Shown here piece by piece: positions 32,407-48,282 of a stretch of 64,000 nucleotides of DNA. Each line of letters opens with the position of its first letter. Position 1 is the stretch's first letter. Source of the DNA: the human T2T-CHM13v2.0 reference genome, Homo sapiens; the NCBI RefSeq assembly GCF_009914755.1, contig NC_060925.1; one strand, written 5' to 3'. The translations under genes were made by a program, and so were the position numbers. The notes below the pieces were generated by a model. That model ran no database searches. It was not told the DNA's origin and was given only the letters and a program-made list of their open reading frames with translations.

Positions 32407-35400
32407 CGTCCCACAATTTAACAATTGCACCTGATTTCACATATCCATTAATCAACAAAGGAGATGCATATTTCTTGCTTATTATATGTCCAGCACTGCC
32501 CTAGGTCCTGGTTTTGGGGTGAGGTGGGAGGAAGGATCGATTAAAATAAATGCAGGAACCTGCTCTGCTCTTAAGGGTCCCCAAAGAGGAGAGCAGTGGG
32601 CTGAGTTGCAAAGTGGTTTCTCTAGGACCAGGAGCTGTGGAGATCCACAGGGATCCCAGCCACAGAGTCCCCAGCAAGGCAGGCTTGGGGTAGGAGCTTG
32701 CTGAAGGGTGTTGGTTTTTTCTTGGACACTTCTGTCCTGGTCCGACCCACCAGCAGCTGCCTGCATGGGACGACAGTGCCCCCTGGTGGTCAATTCCGGG
32801 AACTCTCCAGCAGCTGTTTTGTAAAGCCCAGAGGATTAAGCTCCCTCAAGAACTTCTATTTTTGGTTCCCAGTATTTCCATAATGAAATGCTAACAGAAG
32901 CAGCCAAATGGCTTCCCAAAGGACCTGAAAGCTGCACTGCCGAACTCCTGTGTTCTCCAGCTCTCTGCTTCCCAGGGGTCAGATCTGCTGTTGGTTCTCA
33001 GGGGCAGTTCTCTGTTCCATACGGTTTAATTAAAGGGTCCCAGGGAGAGCAACTATATGTTTGCCTTGCCGAGTCTGACCTCAGGCTGTGTGCACATTCA
33101 GAGTGACGTGTTGGAAAGAACACTGGATCCAGGATCAGGAGGCTCATCCCACGCCAGCCGCTAAGTAGCTGTGAGATAATAATTTCAATAATAGCTACAT
33201 TTTATTCAGTATTTACTCTGAGCCAGACATTGCACCAAGAGCTTCACATACATTGTTGACTTTGATCCTCACAACAAGCCTGTGAGATTGATACTGCTGT
33301 CATCTCCAGAAATCAAGGCAGAGAGAAGTCAAGTAACTTGGCCAAGATCATACAGTATGTGGCAGAGTTAGGACTTGAGTTCATGTTTCTGGGCATCCAC
33401 TATGCTACACTGAACTGTGGAACTCAAAGAATCGGAAACTAGTGGTAGTGTCCAGACACTGATGTTTTTAAATGTTCCCCAGGTGATGGTGATGTGGAGC
33501 CACCTTTGTAATCTATAGGGTCCCACCAGCTATAACACTCAATGAGCCCCATGCCTTCCAAGAAGCAGAGGTGAAGTTGGGATGAGGGGAGAAGCCTGGG
33601 TTCAGGCCCTAATCTCCATGGATGTACAGGGCTGAACAGAGTCACAAGCACAGCAGAAACACCATGATGGCAGAGCAGTCATCCTGCCTGCTGTCCTCTT
33701 TATCTGGAGATGGTTTGTAGGACAGGAGAGCAATTGCCTTCCACAACATTCCTCAGAGTTCGTTATGTCGCATACACCCCAATCTACAGATCCATCACCT
33801 GTCCATTTATCTCAATGCCTCTAGAGCCATTTTCTATTTTTTAATAGATTCATTTGACAAACACTTGAGACTTATGATGTGCCAGGCCCTGAGTCTGCAG
33901 GGGTGGAAGAAGCTGGCATGGCCCCACTCTTGTGAGTTGGCAATCTAGAGGAGGAGATAGACAGACAGCACATTTTGGAAAAAAAAAAAGCACACTGTGA
34001 CACATGCTCTGAACGACACAGCAATGCACAGTGGTGGAAAACAATAGGAGAGCAGAGGGACCTAATAAGACAGAATGAGCTGGGATTAAGCAGAGACCAG
34101 AAGAATGTGTTTAGTGTGTGCCTCCTGTTGGTAAATGAGCTCTGTTGTGTTCACTACACACTGGGCAGTTTGGTGCAGAGCTTGCTTTTCCCTGGGCCTC
34201 TACTGGAGTCCCCTCCAGGAGACATGGGGTGGCTGCTGTTGACATTTTCTCCCTGAAAGCCCAGGTATCTCTCCAGAGATGGAGAACTCTGAGCTTCCTT
34301 TTTACAGAAAGGACTCAAACTGGTGGCTGTTTGGGGATGGGACGATGATGGGTGATGTTTGAGGCCGGAGTTTCAGAATCAGAAAAGTCTCTGTAGTCAA
34401 GGCCTTGAGGTTTGCTGACTTTGCGTGACACCCAAAGCGTAGGACCCACAATCAAATCTGTGGAGAGGGCGCTTGTGGTCCATGTGTAGGTGTATACCTG
34501 TGAGCATAGGCAAGTGTGCGTGCACACATGTGTGCATGAGAGCAGGCTCAGGCTTCAGCTCCTGGTCACTCTAGTCCTTCTTCTATTCTCTCTTCTTTGA
34601 TGGTAGGGCTGGGACTTGGCAAACCACTTTTGGCTTTGGCAGCTGCTTCCTATCGGATTCAGCCAGTAGGGGGTGCTAGAAGGACACTGGAAAGCTGGAG
34701 GGAAGCCCTCTTTTTCTTGTTTACTTCTGTTCTTGTAAGCGGCTCCGGTAGTACTTCTTCACCCCGGCAGCAGCAGTTCCTTACCATAGCAGCAGCTAAA
34801 TTCAGTTTACAATCTTTCTAACACTTGTAGAACTAACTTCACCCCTAATTCAGAGGCCAACACCAGCCGGCAGGCACCCCCCACCTCACCAGATGTCTGG
34901 TTCCAGCCCCACAAGGTGCTCCTGTCTCTAAGTTTTAATCATTCCAAATGCACCCCTTTGCTGCCTCGTCCTTGGGGTGGTAGTGCTTCCTCCATGATAC
35001 CTTCTTAGCATCTCTGACATTAGTGTTAAGGGGTCCCAACCCCTAACATGAGTTTCCTGGACTGTGGGGGGCCTTTTGTGCCCTTCTGAGCCCTGGGGAG
35101 ATCAAAAGCAGTTGTCTAACCCCTCGGTGGTTAGTAACTGCTCTACTCTGAGAAAGAAGGGCTGGCTTATCCTTGGAGAGGCCAGTAATTCTGTTCTCAG
35201 CTCTTCTCTCTGCGGGCCTCCACATCTCAGGAAGAAAGGACAGGTGCCATCTCAGTTCCAGTCATCTTAGCACACGCCTCCCTCTCTGCCTCCCTGCTGA
35301 TCTGCACCTTAGCTGTGGCCTGGCCTGGTCTCAAAATGCTCCCAGGAGGAGAGGCCATGGCCTTCTCCATGCCCACCCTCCCTCACCAAGTGTGAGCAGA

Positions 35401-35944
35401 ACTGATGGAGAAGCTGGGCCGAGGGAGGAGAGAAACTCGAGTGGGAGACCTTGGGGCCGTTGGGAGAGGGTACAGAGAAGGTTGCTGCCTCAGATGCCGT
35501 GGGTTTCTGTTTCCTTCCCCATTAGTGTCTTTCTCATGGAGAAAATCTGTTTTCCTTGAAGTAACTTGACTGAGTCTTTGACTGGTTCTCCTTTGCAAGG
35601 TGAACCCAAGAAAGAAAAGAAAAGACAAGGAACCCAACATCCACAGAGGACCTGCTATGTGGCAGGAAGTGCTGGGAGCCCTGAACACATGTATGGCCCT
35701 CCTCGAGGACTGACTGAGCAGCTCTGGCTGATGGGGGTGTGGCTGAGGGGGAGGAGGGGAGGGGCTAGGAAGACAGTCTCAGAAGAAAGAATAATGAACA
35801 CTAGATGTGAAAACTTCCACAAAGCAGGTGGCCCACCAGGCAGGATCAGAGCAGTTCCCTGCCATTATAGAGTTTCCTTTTGCCTAGCTCTTCTGTGTTT
35901 GTATTGGGGTGGTGTGTGTGGGGGGAACACAGTTTTGTTTTGAT

Positions 35945-36576
35945 CATTTATAAAGCTTTACTGAGGTATAATAGATACACAAAAAAATCACATACATATA
36001 AAGAGTACATCTTGATGAGTTTGGACATATGCATACACCTGTGATACCATCACCAAAATTTAGGTACTAAACATCTCTATCGCCTCCAAAAATTTCCTTG
36101 TGTTCTTTTGTGTTTTGGTTTGTTTTTTTGGTAGTAGGAACACTAAACATGAGATCTATCCTCTCAACATATTTTAAAGGGTGCAATTCTGTATCGTTAT
36201 CTACAGGCACCATGTTGTACAGCACATCTCCAGAACTTACTCATCTCGCATAACTAAACTTTATACCCATTGAGCAACATTTCTCCATTTCCCCTTCCCC
36301 CAGCCCCTGGAAACTGCCCTTCTATTCTCTGCTTCTATGAGTCTGACTATTTTAGATACCCATTTAAGTGGAATCATGCAGTATTTGTCGTTCCGTGTCT
36401 GGCTTTTTTCACTTAGTATAAAACCCTCTTGGTTCCTCATGCTGTTGCAATTGGCAGGATTTCCTTCTTTTTTAAGGCTGAATAATATTCCATTGTATGT
36501 ATTTGTCACATTTTCTTTATCTATTCATCTGTTGATGGACATTTGGGTTGTTTCCCTATCTTGGCTATTGTGAATA
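35945..36576 (-). mobile_element. L1M (L1MA/MB-like) 3' fragment
   Basis: Typical L1M 3' UTR and ORF2-end text: ttctactctctgcttctatgag-like, aagtggaatcatgcagtatttgtc, taaggctgaataatattccattgta. Confidence 0.8.
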
Positions 36577-38062
36577 AGAAAAAAATACAGTTTCTCAACC
36601 CAAAGCAAACAAAGAAACATTGTGCAAAATATAAGTGTTGACAGAAAGGCAGGCTGGGAGGGTAAACAATGGCTGGCATACAGCACAGATCAGGCTTCTG
36701 AGAGAACCGTGATGCCCCGGGCACACCTCTTCTGCCAGGACTAGCTCACTGGGGGAATTTGTCAGTGCTGTGCAGACCCATAGGTCTCACCTGGTTCTGG
36801 TTTGTAGAGGGAGGCAGTGGGACCCAGGCCCACCAGTGGGAGTTCAGAGCCTGCTGTCAATTCTGCCTTTTCTGCCAGGGCTGTGTCTGAAAGGACTGAT
36901 AAAAAATGCTCCTGTGTTTGGCTCTCTCTGCACCATTTTAAAACTCTTCGATAGTGATCAGCACAGCTATTAAAAGTATCAGGTGGAAATCAGCCACTCA
37001 GGGCTGACAGGTGGCTGATTCTGACCCCCACTCCCCAGCCATACATGTCTAGGGTAGAAACCGGTCACATAAACAGGAACTACAGTCTTTCTCAGGCTTT
37101 GCACTTGTCCCAGCCTCTGAGCAGGGCCTCTGGGCCTCCCTTTTGGGCTTGACCCAGCAAGCATCCTACCTGAGCTCACTCCTCACCTGCCCAACTCCAG
37201 CGATCTGGGGTGATATCTGCAGGAGCTGCCCTCAGTGCCTCCAAAGCTCGAGAAGGTGCTACATCACAGGTAGAGGGAGGGATGCTGCCTGTGAAGATTT
37301 CCTCCCCCACAGAGTGTCCCGGACTGCCGTGGTGCATGGCGCCCTCCTTGGAGGGGAGACACGTGCATCTGCCCTGGGCCACATGTCAGTTCTGACGCTG
37401 CATGGCCGTGTGCTCCCTGGGTCTCACCAAGATTCTTGGGCGAGCAGCCTTCCCTGTAGTCTCCTTAGGCTCAAGCCTTCAAGGACTAGGCTAGAGGCTG
37501 ACCTGAGTGACCAGCACCAAGCGGTCCTCCAAGCTGTCCCTCCTCCTGGACCTCCCCAGCGGGGTGCTCATCACTCTCAGACCAAGACCTCTAGTCTTTC
37601 TCTTGGGATGAGTTATTTCTCATCCTTAGTCTCTCACACCAGTGTACTCCTGGGGTCCCAGCCCATAAGACATGTCTGAGTCTCCCCTATGCAAACACCC
37701 CACTGTGCACAGGTGTTGTTATCCTCATGTTGTGGGTGGGGAAACTGAGGCTCTGAATGTCAGATGACTTGCCTGAGGTCACTCAGAGTCTCCAGATCCC
37801 TAACACTGAGTCAGCCCTATGCTCACCACACAACGCTGTGTTACACACCACCTCACGGTTGTGGCTAAAAGTTATGCTTTGAGGATGTCACCTGGCTCTG
37901 TCCAGGGACCCGCAGGCTGTTCTGAGGTTGGACTTTGGTGGTTCCCATGTAGGCCCAGCATCAGAATTGCCTGTGAAACTTTGAAAAACTCAGGTGCCAG
38001 GGCCTAAGCCCAGGGAATTCTGACTCACTAATCCAGGTGGGCTCAGGTGCACAGGTGTCTGT

Positions 38063-39032
38063 AGAGTCAATTCTCATTCTTCATGGTAGTTATGTTTTAT
38101 AAAGTCTCTGTGAACACTGAATGAGCAGATACTGAACCTTTGCGCCTAGGGGAAACACAGGGTTAGATTTCTGCCTGCCTCTGGTTACAACCAGTACATA
38201 GCCTTGTTTTATGTGTATTTCTATTAAAGACACCTTCTTTACTCTCTACGGTTGACTCATTGACACTGAACTCATGGTCAACAGCACCATAACTTGTGTC
38301 TGAAAGAAGCTTGTCTGATACACGTGTTTTCTCTGTAAGGGACATCACGGCCTTCTTGTGCTTAGGAACAAACACCAACACTCTGCTTGGGGGACATTAA
38401 TTTTTTTTTTTTATTTTCATAGGTTATTGGGGAACAGGTGGCATTTGGTTACATGAGTCAGTTCTTTAGTGGTGATTTGTGAGATTTTGGTGCACTCATC
38501 ACCTGGGAAGCATACACTGAACCCAGTTTGTAGTCTTTTATCCCTCACCCCCTTCCCACTCTTTCTCCCTGAGTCCCCAAAGTCCATTGTGTCATTCTTA
38601 TGCCTTTGCATCCTCATAGCTTAGCTCTCACTTATGAGTGAGAACAGACAATGTTTGGTTTTCCATTCCTGAGTTACTTCACTTAGAATAATAGTCTCCA
38701 GTCTCATCCAGGTTGCTTCGAATATGCTTAGGGGACATTTTAAACAGTGAAATCACCAACACAAAGCACAAAAGCATGAAAAATGTGGCACCAAATAGCC
38801 TGCGAAAAGGACACTTGTTTGCATTGTGGGAGCTGAAGCCAGCAGGCTGAGCGGGCCTTGTTCCACCCCCGCTGGGAATGTGCGTGTTGAGCAGCCCTCA
38901 TTCTTCCCCACTCTGTGTGTGTCGGAGAATGACCCCAAAAGTGCAGCCAGTATTGATTTTGGGGTTACAGATACAATTTCGCAGGTAGGTGAATTTGTAT
39001 ATATGGAATCCATGAATGGCGAGCATGGGCTG
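38063..39032. mobile_element. MER6-family Tigger element split by an L1
   Basis: gtcaattctcattcttcatggtagttatgttttataaagtc at one end and gaatttgtatatatggaatccatgaatggcgag at the other. The two halves rejoin across the L1 TSD. Confidence 0.75.
38399..38724 (-). mobile_element. 5'-truncated L1PB-like element
   Basis: PolyT then cataggttattggggaacaggtgg...; TSD tgctt(g/a)ggggacatt at 38384-38398 / 38725-38739. Confidence 0.85.
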
Positions 39033-40084
39033 CATTTTGCAAGCTCTGTTTGCCCAGTGGTGAGCTGGGTCTCACAGCAACTGGCAGCAAGAGTTGACCA
39101 GGCATGAGGATGGTGCAGGGGAGCCATGGAGTGGGGGCCTGAGTTGCTGTGGAGGGTCGAGAGGGCAGGTTGGCTGGTGCCCATCGAGGACTGGGGACCC
39201 AGTAGTGCAGCCGCTGCAGGCTCTGGGCTGTGACTTCTGGCTTGCATCAGCACCCAAATCACCACAGATCTTGGACTTCCACCCTCAGTGGGCTGATAAT
39301 TCAAAATTCACAACTTGGTTTTCCCGTAGAAACCGTGTTATGAGCGGTGGGTTAGTCCTCAGCTTGGGTCACAGAGGCCCATGTCACACCTGGTTAGACA
39401 AAAGGGGTCAGTGAGGCATTGGGGGACCCACCACACCTGAAGCCACCCCAGCAAGCCTCCCCCAGGGCTCAGGGCTCAGGCTGTGAGAAGGAGGGGCTCC
39501 CTCTGCTCCTCCTGGGGTCCTGAGACTGAGGGGTTCCTCCAGGAATCTCTAGGGAAAGGTGAAGGCAGGAGTACCAGACAGGCAGTGGAAGATGAGGTGG
39601 CAGCCAAAGTCAGGGTTTCAGTGGGGATGGGTTACAGGCATCTAGGGCAGGGCGGTGTGGAGTGGATAGGAATATGTGAGGAGGGGCCAAAGAAAGGAAG
39701 GTTTCTGCAGCCACAAGCTTCTCTCCGCCTGCTGCCCTGCTTGGCCATGCACATTGTCTAAAGTCATGGCACGGGCAGAGAAGCCCCAGCCTCAGGGCAG
39801 CTCCGTAGGAGTTTCCCAGGTTGCAAAGCTGGATCCATGCGAGACCTGAAGCTGAGGCCAAACTCTGCACGGCCTCACTAGCTCTTGCCACTGGAGCTGG
39901 ACACTATATCGTTGGGATGCCCTCTCCCAGCCGGAGCTGACAGGTGGCTGAACACCCTGCCCCTGCCTCAGACACTCTTGTTTGCCCTGTCCCCACAGGT
40001 CTAGCTGCAGTGAGGATGAGGAGTGGTTCAGAAGGAGCATGAGGCACAGCCTGTGAGGTGGGGCCCAGAAGATACTGACTACTC

Positions 40085-40250
40085 ATTAATACCTAACCTT
40101 GCTTTGTCTGTATCCACGTAAAGACACCTCGTTTACTCTCTATTGTTGGCTCATGAGCGTTGGACTATAATTCATGCCTGATTGAAGCTTACCTAACCCA
40201 CGGATGCTCTCTGTAAGGCACAGTGCAGCCTTCTTGCCCTTAGGAACACC
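40085..40250. mobile_element. Internal MER6 fragment lacking termini
   Basis: Aligns to ~38192-38372. Confidence 0.7.
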
Positions 40251-41359
40251 CCAAGTTTGACTTGACCCCTCATCCTCTACCTGACCCAGCCTGTTCTGAA
40301 AGTAGATAAACAGAGCTCATGGGGAACATTCTTTCTCCAGGAAGATCAAAGGAGGACGAGGGTCCCGGCCAGGCAGTGCTGAGGACTGGCTCCCAGGAGG
40401 ACTAGGGCCTTCCCTGCACTGGGGAGGAAGGAGGTGTGAGGGTAAAAAGGCCCCAGAGCTGAGCTGGGGAAGGGGGATTCTGAGCCGCTCTATGCATACC
40501 AGCTCTGACAGCTGGTGCCTCCGGGGACATCTGCGGCCTGTCCTCCTAGGAAGCTCGGATTCCTGTCTACCTTTGCAGTTTCCTGGGCCCCCAGCTACCT
40601 GTGTGGGAGGAAAGGGGTGGCTCATCTGGGAAGCCCTTGTCACTGGGTTATGGTTATCCTCTGGGGAGGGTGAGGTGTTTATTCAGAAGCTGCAGGGAAC
40701 TGACACCAAAACAGAAGCTCCCTGAACTCATCTCTCCAGAATTCTCCCTTCTGTCTCTTTTAAAGGGTTTAATCTTTACAAGCTCCAAACAGCTTATCCA
40801 GTAAAGTCATTCAGCAAAAAATAAATCCTCATTGATAATGGTTTAATTTCCTCCTTCCCTCCCTCAAGGACAAGGATTATCCGGCTAAGGGATCCATTCC
40901 CTCCCTCCCTCTCTGTTTTCCCGCATTCAAACATCATTTAATTTACATTTGCTACATGGCAGGGGCTGGGTGCAAGTGGGTTTCTCCCCCAGATAAATGC
41001 CTTGACTTATGGATCCCTTCTGCCTAGCTGCCCTGTCTCCCACTGCTGCCCCTCACACATCCCAACTGGGATCATCTTGGACACCTCCCGGAAAGTGCTC
41101 CACCCCACTTCCGGCATAGGGCACGCTCTGTCTGGCATGCTCTGGCCCTGGCCATGTGTAGCACCTGCCTTCCTGGTAGCCGGGGCGGCTTCAGGCATTT
41201 TTTTTTTTCTCACTGCATGCCACTTCCTTGAAGACTTTTCTCCCATTGCCTCACCAGGCTCAGCCCCTGCCTTTGCGTCAGCAGCCCACTCGGAGGCCTG
41301 TTGCCCTGCAGGCTCTGCGGTCTGGGCTTGCTTCTGTGGGATTTCTTGTTTGAACTGGC

Positions 41360-41360
<1 letters not shown>

Positions 41361-41396
<36 letters not shown>

Positions 41397-41409
41397 CGCG
41401 CGCGTGTGC
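41361..41409. repeat. (TG)14(CG)8 alternating purine-pyrimidine tract
   Basis: Read directly from the sequence. Confidence 0.95.
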
Positions 41410-42615
41410 CTGTGCGTGTGCATACTTTCCATCAGTCCTCATTGGAGCTTCCTAGGAGCAAGGATCATTTCTTTTCCTCCCTCTGGACCTTTGATCTATC
41501 GTCCTGACTGACTGTCCTGAACTCATGGGTGAAGGGACACCTTGGGCCCCAGGCAGGATTTCTGGGGGAGAAGAATTAGATAGCTGCCCCTTTCCGCACT
41601 CCCTGACTTTCTATCATTCTCCCACTGCTACCTGGCTTGCCCAAGGAGGCCACCCCAAATGGGGTTTCAAGGACTCTGATTGGCAGAGAGGAGCTGCTGA
41701 ACCTAAACAAAACACAGCTCCCCCAAGACAGGGAGATCTCAGCCAGGAGGACTCTGGGATGGTTTTCAAACTATGCAATGACGTGGCCTAGGGATTCCTT
41801 GCAGGTGACTGCAGGGCCTGGGGAGCGAGGGTTTGCCTTGTTGGGGTGGGGGAGGCAGGGCCCAGCCCCAAACCTACATCAGTCAAGCAGCTCCTCCAAT
41901 TTTATTAGGCTATTGTGCTTAGTTGAACTTGAAAAATGTGCTTCTGTGGCCTCAAAGCTTAGAAAACCTTCACCCTATTCTAAACCTACAGCCTTCTATT
42001 CCTGCCATACTCACAGCTGTCAACCAGGGGCTGGAGGGTTGGAGGGAGGAGCCCATGCTCGCCTTCTAGAAGCTGGGACCCCAGTGGCCATGTCTCTGCA
42101 GGAATCCAGCCTTGAGCCTCTGCTTGCTGCTAGTTGGAGAAGGCAGTGCCCAGGGCTAGCTCAAGGCTGCAAGCGCTCACGGGGGGCCACACTGGAAGGG
42201 TGTGGAGAGATGGGACCCTGGCGCTTCCCTGGCCTCAGACCCAGGGGGCTAGGGATCCCAGATGCATGACATACACCAGGAAGTGCCACTTTCTGAAGGA
42301 AAGAGCATTTACCTAGGAGTCCAAAGGCACGGGCTCGAGTCCGGCTCCCACTCACCAGCCAAGGGACCCAGTTTACTCACTCACTGTGTAGATGGAGGTG
42401 ACACCCCGCTCCTCCTTCCTCACTGGGTCATACTGTGAAGCTGCCAGTATGCTCTGAAAACTGTTGAGTGCTGTTGACACGCAAGGTGCTGCTGTGGCTC
42501 TGGTCACAGTCCCCAGGTGAGGAGGAGGGCCAGGGCTCTCCTGGGGCATTTGGGGCAGCCCTTGGCCTGGTGCTTCTGGGCTGAGCTTGAGAAGAATGGG
42601 AGAGTCACCAACTTA

Positions 42616-43386
<771 letters not shown>

Positions 43387-45105
43387 TGGCCAGACCCACC
43401 AACCTGGGCAGTATGTGGGCATCTAGGGTTTTGTCAGGAATGGAATAGGTGGCCCTGGGCCTCCTGAGATGGCTCCAGGGGTTTGGAGGAAGGTGAGCTT
43501 TTCTGTTAGGCATAACATTGGACCTTTCAGAGTCAGCCCCAAGACACAAGTCTGTTTATTTCCATTCTTCTAGTCCTGGATGAACTAATTTGCCCACCCT
43601 AATCCAGGGCAGGCACAAGACCCAGGTGTCTTCCCAGGGGAAGTGGAACGAGGGTGGCCTGCCTGGTCCAGGACGTCAGCTGAGCAGGAGGCCTGGAAGA
43701 GGGGAACCTTTGACTCAGGAGGGCTCACATTAGTGGTAGGCTGGGAAATACCCCACAAGTGATGGAAAAGAAGCAGATGGCAGATCAGGAACTGGATGTG
43801 GCAGTTAGGGTGACCTGCAAAGGAATGCAAAAGAACGGGTTTGCAGGTCCCAGGAGGGAGTTGCGGACGTGCAGCTTCCTTCTTAGGCTGTTTTTTCTCC
43901 CATCCTCCCTACAGAAGGCCTGTCAGCTTTGCCAAGATCCAGGGGTCTGGAGATCAGTGAGCCGCAAGCCGCACATGCACCCAGGACTGCTGTCTCTGTC
44001 AGGCGTCTTTGAAATATCTTTGCATTATACAAGTCATAGGTGCTTGCAGGGGAAAAAAATGCAAACAACAAATGTACGAAGAAAATGAAAGTTCTCCTCC
44101 CTGCTCACCAACAGCCTCTGGCCCCTTCTGAAACCAAGCCCAGTAAAAGAATTCCTAACTTGGGAAAGCCAACGACTGGTGTTGAAGTGTCATTCTACCT
44201 GCAGGCATGCCTGTTAACGTGCATTGCCAGGTGACAGTCCAAATCACACACCCAGGGTTTAATTTTCCACGAATGTGGGCATCAATGACAGAGATAACCT
44301 GAGCAGCAGGTAATCTCAAGCCAGCTCTCTTAAAGTGGGTTGCATTATTTGGTTGCGTACATTTTTGTATGCTGCAAAATTACCTTTCTAGAGGTGCCTG
44401 GTTCTGGCTGAAATGGAGTCGAGTTTGGATTAAATGAGCCTAAATCCATCAGTGGAGTTGGATGGGTGACCTGAACCCAGAGATGATCTTCTTGTGTAGG
44501 GGGAGGATTGGTGAGAAAGCTGGAGTGAGGACTCTGCAGCAGGAAGTGACCTGAAAGACAAAAGACCATGCTGTCCCGAGGCATCTCTCCCCTGCCGGAA
44601 GTCTCTTCCTCTGGGTTAATAAGAACTGGTTGTGGCACTGACTCCATGACCTCTAGGAAGCATTTGAGGAGTGCTCCCCATGTGCTCCTCCAGCCAGCCC
44701 TCCATCCCTCTCCTCCTTGCTGGGGAGGCTGCCTGAAGCCACCCCCGTGGGCTGCCAGCTGGTCCAGGCAATGCGTGGGAGGAGCGTGAGGTCCCTTTGT
44801 CAGCAGCCTGACTGCCTCCTAAAGGACTGGGGGGTGGCAGTGGCTGATTTCTCTCCTGAAGGCTTCCTTGTTCTCATGGACACAGGCAGCCCTCTCCTAC
44901 AGCTACAGCACACGCCAGGCCATGGAAACCAACCAAGTGGCCATTACTACTCAGTCAAACTCCAACCAATCCAAACCACAGGTGAGGGGGTGGAGGACTC
45001 AGAAGAGAGAAACACCGTCCCAGAAAGTGACAAGAACACAGATGCTGTGGTGAAGATCATGGACTTTACCTGAGTTGGGTGAGTCTCCACATCACCACTT
45101 ACTAG

Positions 45106-46767
<1,662 letters not shown>

Positions 46768-47871
46768 TCAATATTTTATTAGAACCTTTCTGATGATGGT
46801 GAGCATGTGTCTGCTGTACCTGGAGGGCCTGGGGTGTGGTGTGGAGAAGTCAGAGCCTGTGTCCTGGTCTGCAGGAGAGTTTGACCCTATTCTGCCCACA
46901 CCTGTCTGACTACTTTCTTCCTCAAATTTTTCCAACCTGGATCTTCTAACTTTTTCACCTTCCGTCTCCAGCCACTGTCTGCAATCTCCTCAGACACCTC
47001 TTGGTTAGCCCATGGCAGCCCCAGACCCTTGCGGGCAGAGCTGCTGGACTCATTGCTCTGCCTGGGAGGGGCCTGGGCCTGAGTAGCTCAGTGCTGCGCT
47101 GCCCTTGCCCTGCGAGCATGTGCACTCGCCAGGCAGTCCCGGATGAATCACGCCCCACACCGAGTAGTTAGCCCAACTCGCAACAGAGGCCCTGTGTGCT
47201 GCTTTTGTGTGTAGTGTTTCTTTCCATTCCGTGAGTCAGAAAACACCGTCACGCAGCCATGTGATCTCCCTATCTTCTGCCAAGGAGCTATGTGCAAAGG
47301 ATTGCTGGAAAACCCTCGAGGGATGAGGGAGGGCAGCCGTGACTGCCAAGAGGGAGGCTGAGCTGAGAGAACTGGAGAATGGAAGTCATCTCAGGAAAAG
47401 AGCGTTCCGAGGGGCTCTGGTGTGGTGAGACCAGAGACCCGCCCACAAAGGCAGCTGCTGGTGGGTGAAGGGCCCTACCTTGGCCACGTGTGGGTGGGAT
47501 CTCTACCCCCTTGACCCCTGGAGTATAATCTGATTATTTTGTCTAATTGTAAATGGAAAGCTTGCTTATACAAAATTCCAGATCGATACAGAAAACTATA
47601 AAAAAGAAAGGACATATCTCCCACCTGCCACCACCAGATGCTGTATTAATCCAGTGAGACATTTTCCATTTGCCTTTGGGCGTGGACCTGCCAGGCTCCG
47701 GTCCATTGAACTCCATTGAGCTCCTAGCTGCAGCCCAGGTCTGTTCCTGCCCCGGTCCTGGGACTCTGTCCTTCCAAACACCACAGGGAGAGGTTCTCAT
47801 CCCAACTTGGCCATTAGCTTGCTGTGTGCCCTTAGGCAAATCACTCTGTCTGAGTCTTATTTGTCTCTTCA

Positions 47872-48282
<411 letters not shown>

